A stretch of DNA of 17,640 nt from Fidelibacterota bacterium (GTDB taxonomy: Bacteria > Fidelibacterota > Marinisomatia > Marinisomatales > UBA2128): NCBI GenBank assembly GCA_046861645.1, contig JBHHUM010000041.1:1-17640 (forward strand), read 5' to 3'. Shown in pieces: positions 9,335 through 16,936 of this stretch. The notes beneath the pieces were generated by a model. That model ran no database searches and had not been told where the DNA came from. It saw nothing but the letters and a program-made list of their open reading frames with translations. The position numbers and the translations under genes are program-made. The stretch's first letter is position 1, and each line of letters opens with the position of its first letter.

Positions 9335-9458
9335 ACCTACAAACAGAGAATTCGACGGGTTTTGGGAAATAAACCTGGATTGGCAAATCGTTCCGTAAGA
9401 GACAGTTCCGTCTCGCCTTAGTTTTCCTCCAGCATTTAGGGTAATCTGTGGTTGCCAT
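9324..9458 (-). CDS. Putative 44-aa coupled small ORF (MATTDYPKCWRKTKARRNCLLRNDLPIQVYFPKPVEFSVCRYGT)
   Basis: ATG overlaps the arsR stop (TGATG). The frame is open through the whole spacer and ends 11 nt inside the dioxygenase gene. No recognised homology. Confidence 0.3.
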   Translation of the reverse strand: MATTDYPKCWRKTKARRNCLLRNDLPIQVYFPKPVEFSVCRYGT

Positions 9459-9763
9459 CAGGATAATTCCGTAATTACTTCATTAGTCAGATGTGTCAGG
9501 GCAAAGGAGGGGACGAATTGATTGAGGATATCCCAGTTAAGAGAGACAAATACGTGAGTTCCCTGCTTGCGCGTAATAATGAGTTCAGCATTCTCAAGGA
9601 TGCGGTAGTGATGTGACATAGCTGGTTTACTGATATCGAATTCACGATCAAAGTCACTGCAGCTTAATTCTACTTTTTGTGCCAGCAGGCGCACTATTTT
9701 ATAGCGAGTTGGATCTGCCAGAGCTTTGAAGACTTTGACGGCTTGTTTTTCAAAGGTTATCAT
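9458..9763 (-). CDS. ArsR/SmtB family transcriptional repressor (single Cys)
   Basis: FKALADPTR.KIV.LL, ELSCSDF, SKPAMSHH.RIL..AELI..RK.G winged HTH. Confidence 0.95.
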   Translation of the reverse strand: MITFEKQAVKVFKALADPTRYKIVRLLAQKVELSCSDFDREFDISKPAMSHHYRILENAELIITRKQGTHVFVSLNWDILNQFVPSFALTHLTNEVITELS

Positions 9764-9765
9764 TA

Positions 9766-9796
9766 CTATTTAAGTATTTAACTATTTATTGAACTA
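9766..9796. promoter_or_regulatory. Candidate ArsR operator in the 5' UTR
   Basis: Three tandem 8-mers CTATTTAA/GTATTTAA/CTATTTAT with imperfect dyad symmetry, lying between the -10 box and the start codon, the usual position for ArsR autorepression. The region is AT-rich, so chance similarity is possible. Confidence 0.4.
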
Positions 9797-9800
9797 TCAA

Positions 9801-9829
9801 AATATACTTTTCTTTATGCATGATGTCAA
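9801..9829 (-). promoter_or_regulatory. sigma70-type promoter of the arsR operon
   Basis: Minus strand TTGACA (9829-9824), 17 nt spacer, TATATT (9806-9801), 37 nt before the arsR ATG. Confidence 0.8.
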
Positions 9830-9853
9830 CAGGTTATTTCTAAAAAGATGTTC

Positions 9854-9869
9854 ATATGAGTACTCATAT
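9854..9869. promoter_or_regulatory. Perfect 16-bp palindrome, probable transcription-factor site
   Basis: ATATGAGTACTCATAT in the divergent arsR/tetR spacer. Confidence 0.6.
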
Positions 9870-9967
9870 TTGAAGGTATTGAGTCAGGAAAGTGAAATAT
9901 GTTAGTAATGTACATGGCTTTAATTCTCTCTTTAAGAGGTGTGGTTCTCCCAGGCGGCAGTAAAGGG

Positions 9968-10057
9968 CTGGTAACGATAAACAGAAACTTTAGAGCTTGA
10001 AAGTAAGGGGTCATGCTTAGCAGGTGGAATAAAGAAAATATTGTCTATAGTTACCAG
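9968..10057. repeat. 16-bp imperfect inverted repeat pair enclosing 58 bp
   Basis: CTGGTAACGATAAACA (9968-9983) versus TGTCTATAGTTACCAG (10042-10057), 14/16 complementary. Confidence 0.5.
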
Positions 10058-10135
10058 GAGCTTAGATAGGATTAATAAAGTGGTGAAGCAGGCATCAGAA
10101 TTTTATAGGATACAGGAGAGAGTCGGCTTAAGTTT

Positions 10136-10153
10136 TGACTGACTGGTCGGTCA
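10136..10153. promoter_or_regulatory. TetR-family operator (autoregulatory)
   Basis: TGACTGAC-TG-GTCGGTCA (7/8 dyad, flanked by TTT/AAA), 20 bp upstream of the tetR ATG and overlapping a TTGACT -35-like hexamer. Confidence 0.75.
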
Positions 10154-10173
10154 CAAATAAGGAAAGATGAGAT

Positions 10174-10770
10174 ATGTCAGGGGATAAAGAGCAACAAATT
10201 ATCAAAGCTGCCATTCATATTTTTGCTGAAAGAGGGTTAGAAAAAGGACGCATCGCTGATATTGCCCAGGAAGCGGGAATAGGTAAGGGGACTGTATACG
10301 AATATTTTCATAGCAAAGAGGAGATATTTGCTGCTATTGAGAGTTCCGTTATAGATGAGATGATGAATCAGTTGGAAGAACTTATCAGTGGAGAACTTTC
10401 TCCTTATGAACAACTGGAAGCGCTTTTAATGCATGGCATTGATGCCATGATAGGTATGGGAGATGCTATACTTATTATGACAGAGTTATGGGCTCAGGCT
10501 TCCCGGGGGTTGTGGCACGATTCCGGCAATACTTTTATGGAAGAAGCCTATGATGAGTATCGTATTATCATAGAGAACATTCTTAAATCTGGTGTAGAAG
10601 CAAGTCAATTCAGAGAAATGAGCTATGCCGGTGTGGCGACACTGGTCTTGGCGTTTATGGATGGTCTGATCTGGCAGTACATGTTAGTCCGGGACAATGA
10701 GAAATTCGAGTTCGTTAAACAAGAAGCGATCCGTTCGTTCATGAGAGGCATAAGGAAAGACAAATTATGA
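10174..10770 (+). CDS. TetR/AcrR family transcriptional regulator
   Basis: N-terminal HTH IIKAA..IFAERG.....IADIA.EAGIGKGTVYEYF.SKEEIF; C-terminal IL..G....FR ligand domain. Stop overlaps the next start (ATGA). Confidence 0.97.
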   Translation: MSGDKEQQIIKAAIHIFAERGLEKGRIADIAQEAGIGKGTVYEYFHSKEEIFAAIESSVIDEMMNQLEELISGELSPYEQLEALLMHGIDAMIGMGDAILIMTELWAQASRGLWHDSGNTFMEEAYDEYRIIIENILKSGVEASQFREMSYAGVATLVLAFMDGLIWQYMLVRDNEKFEFVKQEAIRSFMRGIRKDKL

Positions 10771-11522
10771 TAATTAATATAAGTAAGGGGTTGTTGATGA
10801 CGGTTTTTTTGTCAGTGAGTTGGGGGCAAATACCCTCAGGTGCGGCATTGCTGGACAGTATGACGACCATCATGTCTCCGGAAAACAGTAAAACGATCAT
10901 TAGTCAAAAAGTAGTCAAAGCTGACGGACGATCAAGAACCTTCGAGTTAGAAATGTATTCTACAGGGAAAAGTGATAAAGTACTGATAAGGTATATTCGG
11001 CCCAGTAGTGTACGGGGGCAGTCTTTTCTGATACTCAATGATGGTGATGATATCTGGACCTATTCCCCCCGCACCCGTCGTGTCCGTAAAATAGCAAGTC
11101 ATGCCAAGAAGCAGAAATTACAGGATAGTGATTTTTCCTTTGGTGATTTCTCGTCTGAGGATACCTGGAAAGAGGACTATGTTACTGAGAACGTCGGGGT
11201 TGAAGAGGTGACCGGAACAATCTGCTGGAAGTTGCGGGCTGTTGCTAAAACAGATGCCGATGTAGATTACCCCACGGTGATATTATACATACGAAAGAGT
11301 GATTACTACCCGGTTCTTATTGAATATCTTGATACACAGCGGCGGGTGGAGAAATCGCTCAGGTTCAGGGATATTAAAACTATTGATGGGTATCCCACAG
11401 CCATTCAATTCGACATGGAAAATCATCTAGAGGGTACCAGGACAGTTATGAAAATGCTTGAAATCAGTTACGACTGGGAACCACCGAAAGGATTTTTCAG
11501 CGAAAGGAATTTAAAAAAGTGA
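10767..11522 (+). CDS. Outer membrane lipoprotein-sorting (LolA-like) periplasmic carrier protein
   Basis: Signal peptide; K.LIRY..P..VRG..FL, DDIWTYSP.TRRVRKIA, SDFSFGD, CWKL, M.N...GTRT, F.ERNL, all typical of the LolA-like family. Confidence 0.88.
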   Translation: MIINISKGLLMTVFLSVSWGQIPSGAALLDSMTTIMSPENSKTIISQKVVKADGRSRTFELEMYSTGKSDKVLIRYIRPSSVRGQSFLILNDGDDIWTYSPRTRRVRKIASHAKKQKLQDSDFSFGDFSSEDTWKEDYVTENVGVEEVTGTICWKLRAVAKTDADVDYPTVILYIRKSDYYPVLIEYLDTQRRVEKSLRFRDIKTIDGYPTAIQFDMENHLEGTRTVMKMLEISYDWEPPKGFFSERNLKK

Positions 11523-12727
11523 AATTACCACAGAGCCATAGGGGCCACAGAATCTCGGGTAGTTTTATTGTATTTGCTATTTCACTGTGCGCTCTGTGGC
11601 TGGATACAGTGCCTGCTCAAATGGATTTTTTAGGTTATTTTGAGTCAGAAGTAGATCAGATACAACTAATAGACAGGCAGTATACTTTTGGTTATAACAA
11701 ACTACGACTTGATTTTGAATCCAGGGCAGTTGATGATGTGTTGATTACGGGTAATATTAATGTTCAAAAATTTCATGGAAAAACCACTTGGGATTTTTTT
11801 GATTTCCTGCCGTTTGATTCCGTTCAGATATCGGAGGATATTATTACGTCCTTGCCAGTGGTTATTTCTGACACCCTTTATCTGGACAATATTTACCTCC
11901 GGGCAACCTTTCCTCATTTGGACCTGACCGTAGGGCGTCAACCTGTATCACTGGGAACCGGCTATGCCTGGAATCCCTTGGATATTTTCAATCGGAAGGA
12001 TCTTCTTGATCCTACCTACGAGCAGCCAGGAGTCAATGCTGTTCGTGCAGAAATTCCGTTGGCTGACCGTGCTGGTTTGGATTTGATCATTCAACCGGAC
12101 AGCTCGTTCGGCAGCTCCACTAAGATGATCCAATTGAAGACTGGATGGGGAAGTTTTGATTTTACTATGAATTATGCCCAGCAATATCATCTGATACCAT
12201 ATTGGGCATTTAGAAATTACAATGATATGATCCCAACTCATGAAAACCTGCAGTTAGCGGGAGGGTCTTTTGTAGGACAGGTTGGAGAACTGGGATTATG
12301 GGGAGAAGTAATCAGGTCTTTGAACTCAAACTGGAAAGATTTTGGTGAACTAGTCTTAGGAGCGGATCACACCTTGGATAGCGGTCTCTATATCATGGTG
12401 GAATATTTTACTAATTCCCTGGGAGCAAATGAGAGTGAATTAGCTTTCAACCATTATCTCCATTACTTCTCCGGTGAGACCCACAGCCTCATGCAGGACT
12501 ACCTGTTCGTTTTGTCTATGTTTGCTTTCAGTAATTTTGTTTCGGGAAGTGTGTTTTTATTTGGAAATCTAGACGATCAGAGCTTTTCCTTGGTTCCCCA
12601 GCTGCAATGGAACGCCTTTGAAAACGTGGATATCAGCTTTTTGTTCAGTCAATCTTTTGGAGAGAAAGACACAGAATTCGGTATACAGGATAAAGCACTG
12701 CGACTGCGATTACGGGCGTATTTTTAA
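11519..12727 (+). CDS. Putative outer-membrane beta-barrel (DUF1302/alginate-export-like)
   Basis: GTG overlaps the upstream TGA; signal peptide; LDN.YL...DLTVGRQ.V..G.G..WNPLD.FN...PG..A.R motif; alternating amphipathic strands; C-terminal BAM-type signal LRLRAYF. Confidence 0.78.
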   Translation: MKLPQSHRGHRISGSFIVFAISLCALWLDTVPAQMDFLGYFESEVDQIQLIDRQYTFGYNKLRLDFESRAVDDVLITGNINVQKFHGKTTWDFFDFLPFDSVQISEDIITSLPVVISDTLYLDNIYLRATFPHLDLTVGRQPVSLGTGYAWNPLDIFNRKDLLDPTYEQPGVNAVRAEIPLADRAGLDLIIQPDSSFGSSTKMIQLKTGWGSFDFTMNYAQQYHLIPYWAFRNYNDMIPTHENLQLAGGSFVGQVGELGLWGEVIRSLNSNWKDFGELVLGADHTLDSGLYIMVEYFTNSLGANESELAFNHYLHYFSGETHSLMQDYLFVLSMFAFSNFVSGSVFLFGNLDDQSFSLVPQLQWNAFENVDISFLFSQSFGEKDTEFGIQDKALRLRLRAYF

Positions 12728-12758
12728 CCATAAGTGATCAATTCTTGGCGAAAAACTT

Positions 12759-12895
12759 ATGATAGAACTAATGGAAGAAGAACTGATCTATAGGATTGCT
12801 AATAAATAGTGAAAGTTCACAGAAGAGTAGGACAGACATTATATTCAAGCCATCGACACTTGCAAGGAAATGTTGAGCTCTTAACACACATGTAA
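12759..12895 (+). pseudogene. Probable decayed 5' remnant of a GxxExxY-family gene
   Basis: MIELMEEELIYRIANK* (12759-12809) continues after a 1-nt frameshift as IVKVHRRVGQTLYSS, resembling the GxxExxY N-terminus (EELxYxIIGAAxEVHRxLGxGLLESxY, recalled from memory) with the same Y-to-VH spacing. Confidence 0.4.
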
Positions 12896-12973
12896 TTAAT
12901 TGAAAAAAACTTGTGATAGTAAACGTAAGAATAATCAGCACCTACTCGTACTAATCAGCGGTTAGTTTTGAGT

Positions 12974-14098
12974 ATGAAGATGTTAATATTAGGCGGTACG
13001 GGCAACACGGGTAGAAAGATCGCTGAACTACTCCTCAGGCATACAGATGTAAAATTACTTCTTGCCTCGAGAAACGTAGAGAAACTGTCAGCAATAACAC
13101 AGTCACTACAAGACAAGTATTCCCCAGACCGAGTGGATTGGGTTCAAGTTAACGCCTCAGATCCGGCGAGCCTGAAGATAGCACTGACCGGGATAAATTT
13201 TCTTATCTCTGCTGCCAGCACTGCCAAGTTCACTAAACTGGTAGCAAGAGCCTGTCTGGATTCAAGCTGCGATTATCTGGACGTCCAGTATTCCCAGTCT
13301 AAAGTGAAGATTTTGAGATCCATGGCTGATGAGATTGAGTCTAAAGGGCGTTGTTTCATCAGTGACGCAGGCTTCCATCCCGGACTGCCTGCGGCTCTGG
13401 TGCGTTATGGTGCTTATTTCTTTGATCAGATGGAAACCGCTATCGTGGGTAGTGCTATTAATCAGGACTGGAGAAACTTGGACCTCTCTCCGTCTACGCA
13501 GCGGGAGTTTGTCCGGGAAATGATGAATTATCAGTCGCTTTTCTACCGTAATGGTACTTGGCAGAAAGCCAGTTTGTGGACCACGAAAGATTTCATAAAG
13601 ATGGATTATGGTGACAAGTTTAAGAGGCGTTTGTGCGCCCCCATGTTCTTTGAGGAGATGAGGATCCTCCCAGAGGCCTACCCTTCCTTAGATCGTACAG
13701 GTTTCTACATATCTGGGTTTGGCTGGTTTACCGATATGATCATCATACCTATTGTTATGCTTAGTTTAAAACTCTTTCCCCGTCCGGCAGAGATTCCGAT
13801 GTCCAAACTTGTACTCTGGAGTCTGGAACAGTTCTCCAAGCCGCCATACGGCGTGGTCATGAAGCTGGAGGCATCGGGCTATAAAGGTAATAGACCAGAA
13901 ATGGTTAATGTCAGGCTGTTTCATAAAGACGGCTACTGGTTTACGGCAATACCTGTTGCCGCGTGTTTACTTCAGTATTTGCAGGGGGCGATTTGTAAGC
14001 CAGGTCTACATTTGATGGGTAACTTAGTTAACCCGACTCGTTTAGTCAATGACATGAAAATGATGGGTATACGCATAACTGAAAATTCAAGGGAGTAG
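12974..14098 (+). CDS. Saccharopine dehydrogenase NADP-binding-domain oxidoreductase (substrate unknown)
   Basis: Rossmann motif MKMLILGGTGNTG, LASRN..KL, AC....CDYLD, DAGFHPGL, GYWFTA.P, KPGLH.MG. The ATG at 12974 is preferred over the TTG at 12968. Confidence 0.85.
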   Translation: MKMLILGGTGNTGRKIAELLLRHTDVKLLLASRNVEKLSAITQSLQDKYSPDRVDWVQVNASDPASLKIALTGINFLISAASTAKFTKLVARACLDSSCDYLDVQYSQSKVKILRSMADEIESKGRCFISDAGFHPGLPAALVRYGAYFFDQMETAIVGSAINQDWRNLDLSPSTQREFVREMMNYQSLFYRNGTWQKASLWTTKDFIKMDYGDKFKRRLCAPMFFEEMRILPEAYPSLDRTGFYISGFGWFTDMIIIPIVMLSLKLFPRPAEIPMSKLVLWSLEQFSKPPYGVVMKLEASGYKGNRPEMVNVRLFHKDGYWFTAIPVAACLLQYLQGAICKPGLHLMGNLVNPTRLVNDMKMMGIRITENSRE

Positions 14099-14125
14099 TT
14101 TTTCATACAAAAGAGGAGTCGTTTT

Positions 14126-16876
14126 ATGCGCAACAGAATACTAACTAACCTGGCCGCTTTCATTAGTTCAAAACCATGGTGGTCAGCCCTGGTTCTGGTG
14201 CTAATCACCGCCAGTTTTGGATTCATGATGCTGCAGCTCACCATGCAGACCAACTTTACCAATCTCATGCCCCAAGGTGATCCTATGGTAGAGGAATTTG
14301 ACCGTATAATTGATGAATTCGCTGGTGCTGCTTCCATGCTGGTTGTGGCAGAGGGTGATCCAGAAAAACTGATACAGTTCGCTGAAAAGACAGGGCCTGA
14401 GATCGAAGAATTCACCCAATTTTTCAAGAAGGTGGACTACCGTTTACCTAGAGATTTGATTGCTGATCATGCCTTAATGCTCATGAAAACGGAAGACTTA
14501 AAAACGAATCAGTCTTTATTCGAAGATCCCAACCTTACCGGTTTTCTAAAAAACCTTAATGATACATTTGAACAAGAATATACAGGTAGTGGTGGTGGGT
14601 CCATTGAAGGACAGGAGCAAGAACAGGGGGCTATCCGTTTCATGGATGGAATTCAAACCTTTGTTGAAGTATTGGGCCATACCTTGGAGGGGAATGTTGA
14701 GAGCAATAGTGGTGCTATCGCCGCTGATGCAATACTTTTCGGTGATAATTATTATCGTAGTTGGGACCGAAGAATGTTGATTATGCAAATAGTGCCTATT
14801 TTTGATTTCATGGATGTTGTCCAGGATACCGCTGCTACTAACGCAGCTGAACGGGTAGTGAAAAAGAACGCTGCGGAATTTGGAGTGCAGGCCGGACTCA
14901 CCGGGGCCGTACCCCTCCAACGGGACGAAATGAAAGCCATGGAAGAAGATTCATTTACCGTTACTTCCATTGCCCTGTTGTTAATTTTAGGTTTGTTTAT
15001 CATTGCTTTCCGTATGATTGTGAGCCCCATCCTGGCTATTGTTACGCTGATCGTTGGTATCGTCTGGGCTCTGGGGTTATCGTGGATCACGGTGGGTGAA
15101 TTGAATATGATGACTGCTATGATGGGGGTGATCTTAGTTGGGCTGGGTATTGATTTTTCCATACATATCATTGCCGTATATACTGAGATGCGGGCACTGG
15201 GGAAGGGAGTTAGCGAATCTCTGAGGATTACGTTGCAAAAAGCCGGATTGGGCATCATCACCGGAGGACTCACCACTTCAGCAGCTTTCCTCACTTTTAT
15301 GGCTACCAGTACTAAAGGATATCAGGAATTTGGATTGACTTTGGGGACGGGTATCCTCATGACTATGATTGCAGCGGTAACGATACTACCCACTTTACTG
15401 GTGATACGTGAAAGGATCATCCAACGCTTTCAGAAAAACACCAAAGTGAAACCACTGAGAGATATCTCCTATAAGAGCTTAGGGAAGAGTGCAGTACTAC
15501 TGGTCAGTAACCCCGGTATCACAACCGCTGTTTTGATCGTGCTGGTACTATTTATCGGCTGGCGAGGTAGTAAAATTACATGGGATTATGATTACCTGAA
15601 CATGGAGCCCGTAGGGTTAGAAACAGTCATTTTACAAAATAAAATGATCGAGAAGATGGATATGAGTGCTGACTATGCCTACTTTACTGCTACTACTTTG
15701 GCTGAGGCTCATGACCTTACTGAGAAAGCAAAGGAGATGAAAACATCCTCACTGGTGCAATCCATTGTGGATTTTTTACCAGCGATAGATGAACAGAAAA
15801 AGCGGCAGGTTATTGTAGCTAACATCCATGACAAAATCAGAAATACACAGATTCGAAGGTATTTTTCACAGGATGATCTTATTAGACTACAGGAAGAACT
15901 ATCACGATTGGAAAAAAATGTGATGGAGACTCAGGATATGGCCAATATTAGCAACCAGGATAAAGTGTACTTGAAAACTGGTTTGCTGGTGGGAGTAGTA
16001 CCCGAAGAAGAGGACGAAACGGTAAAAGGGTGGCAGGCAGAACTGGAGCAGGTTAGCCCGGATATATCCACCGGGGTTTTAAGTAGTGTTGTAATGAGAT
16101 TAGATGAAATGGGTGTAAAAAGAAGAAAGGAGTTGGAGCAGTTCCAGCTTGATTTTGCTACTCATTTCAAGTCTATAGCGCTGCGTATGGCTAATCCGGA
16201 ACCGGTAACGTTGGAAACCATACCAAAAACCATCAAGGATCAATATGTGGGTAAATCGGGTGATCTGTATCTGGTGACAATATTTCCCAAACAAAATGTG
16301 TGGGATGAAATATTTCTTAATCGGTTTACAGATGAATTGCATTCAGTAAGTGAAAGGGCCACCGGGCTGCCGCCTGTATACCGACGGTTGATTGATCTGT
16401 TTGGTGAAGATGGAAAATTTGCTACTAAACTGGCCCTGGCTGTGATCTTAACAATTTTGCTATTGGATTTCCGCAGTGCTCGCAAGGCCATGTTAGCCAT
16501 CGTTCCCCTTGTTATTGGTGCGTTATGGATGTTAGGGGTAATGGAATTATCGGGGCTGCAACTTACCATGCTGAATGCCATGGCAGTTCCGCTCATCATC
16601 GGTATTGGTATTGATGATGGCGTACATATCATTCATCGCTATCAGATTGAAGGACGTCGAGAGCACAAGACAGTGTTTGCGTCTACTGGTCGGGCTATTT
16701 TCTTAACGTCTATGACGACCATGCTTGGCTTCGGTTCTCTCACCTTTGCCACTTATCGTGGGTTGGGTTCCATGGGCAGTGCACTCTTCATCGGTGTGGG
16801 GACGTGCTTCCTGGCGACAGTGTTGGTGATACCGGCTATAATGGGTATTGTGGAAAGGTTCAAGGAACGTAACTAA
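14126..16876 (+). CDS. MMPL/RND family transporter (HpnN/HAE3-like lipid transporter)
   Basis: Two repeats of TM + large periplasmic domain + TM bundle; TM4 GLGIDFSIH and TM10 GIGIDDGVH; TTSAAF and TGRAIFLTSMTTMLGFGSL. SD GAGGAG. Confidence 0.93.
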   Translation: MRNRILTNLAAFISSKPWWSALVLVLITASFGFMMLQLTMQTNFTNLMPQGDPMVEEFDRIIDEFAGAASMLVVAEGDPEKLIQFAEKTGPEIEEFTQFFKKVDYRLPRDLIADHALMLMKTEDLKTNQSLFEDPNLTGFLKNLNDTFEQEYTGSGGGSIEGQEQEQGAIRFMDGIQTFVEVLGHTLEGNVESNSGAIAADAILFGDNYYRSWDRRMLIMQIVPIFDFMDVVQDTAATNAAERVVKKNAAEFGVQAGLTGAVPLQRDEMKAMEEDSFTVTSIALLLILGLFIIAFRMIVSPILAIVTLIVGIVWALGLSWITVGELNMMTAMMGVILVGLGIDFSIHIIAVYTEMRALGKGVSESLRITLQKAGLGIITGGLTTSAAFLTFMATSTKGYQEFGLTLGTGILMTMIAAVTILPTLLVIRERIIQRFQKNTKVKPLRDISYKSLGKSAVLLVSNPGITTAVLIVLVLFIGWRGSKITWDYDYLNMEPVGLETVILQNKMIEKMDMSADYAYFTATTLAEAHDLTEKAKEMKTSSLVQSIVDFLPAIDEQKKRQVIVANIHDKIRNTQIRRYFSQDDLIRLQEELSRLEKNVMETQDMANISNQDKVYLKTGLLVGVVPEEEDETVKGWQAELEQVSPDISTGVLSSVVMRLDEMGVKRRKELEQFQLDFATHFKSIALRMANPEPVTLETIPKTIKDQYVGKSGDLYLVTIFPKQNVWDEIFLNRFTDELHSVSERATGLPPVYRRLIDLFGEDGKFATKLALAVILTILLLDFRSARKAMLAIVPLVIGALWMLGVMELSGLQLTMLNAMAVPLIIGIGIDDGVHIIHRYQIEGRREHKTVFASTGRAIFLTSMTTMLGFGSLTFATYRGLGSMGSALFIGVGTCFLATVLVIPAIMGIVERFKERN

Positions 16877-16936
16877 TTTTAAGTTATGTCCATAAGTTTC
16901 TGTACTTTTGAAAAGGGGTCATGGTCTTCTACTGTC

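Noticed and set aside
9458..9763. Arsenic/metal resistance operon
   Set aside because: No CxC box or evident alpha5 metal site, and no arsB/acr3/arsC or metal efflux genes follow.
9826..10014. 62-aa minus-strand ORF upstream of arsR
   Set aside because: Runs through regulatory palindromes into the -35 box, with no family features.
12974..14098. Lysine or norspermidine biosynthesis assignment for the oxidoreductase
   Set aside because: Fold-level similarity only; no pathway partners such as carboxynorspermidine decarboxylase nearby.
16877..16936. Bidirectional terminator or dif site between the convergent genes
   Set aside because: Only weak AT-rich dyads (TTATG-TC-CATAA, CTTTT-G-AAAAG); no GC stem and no XerC/D consensus.
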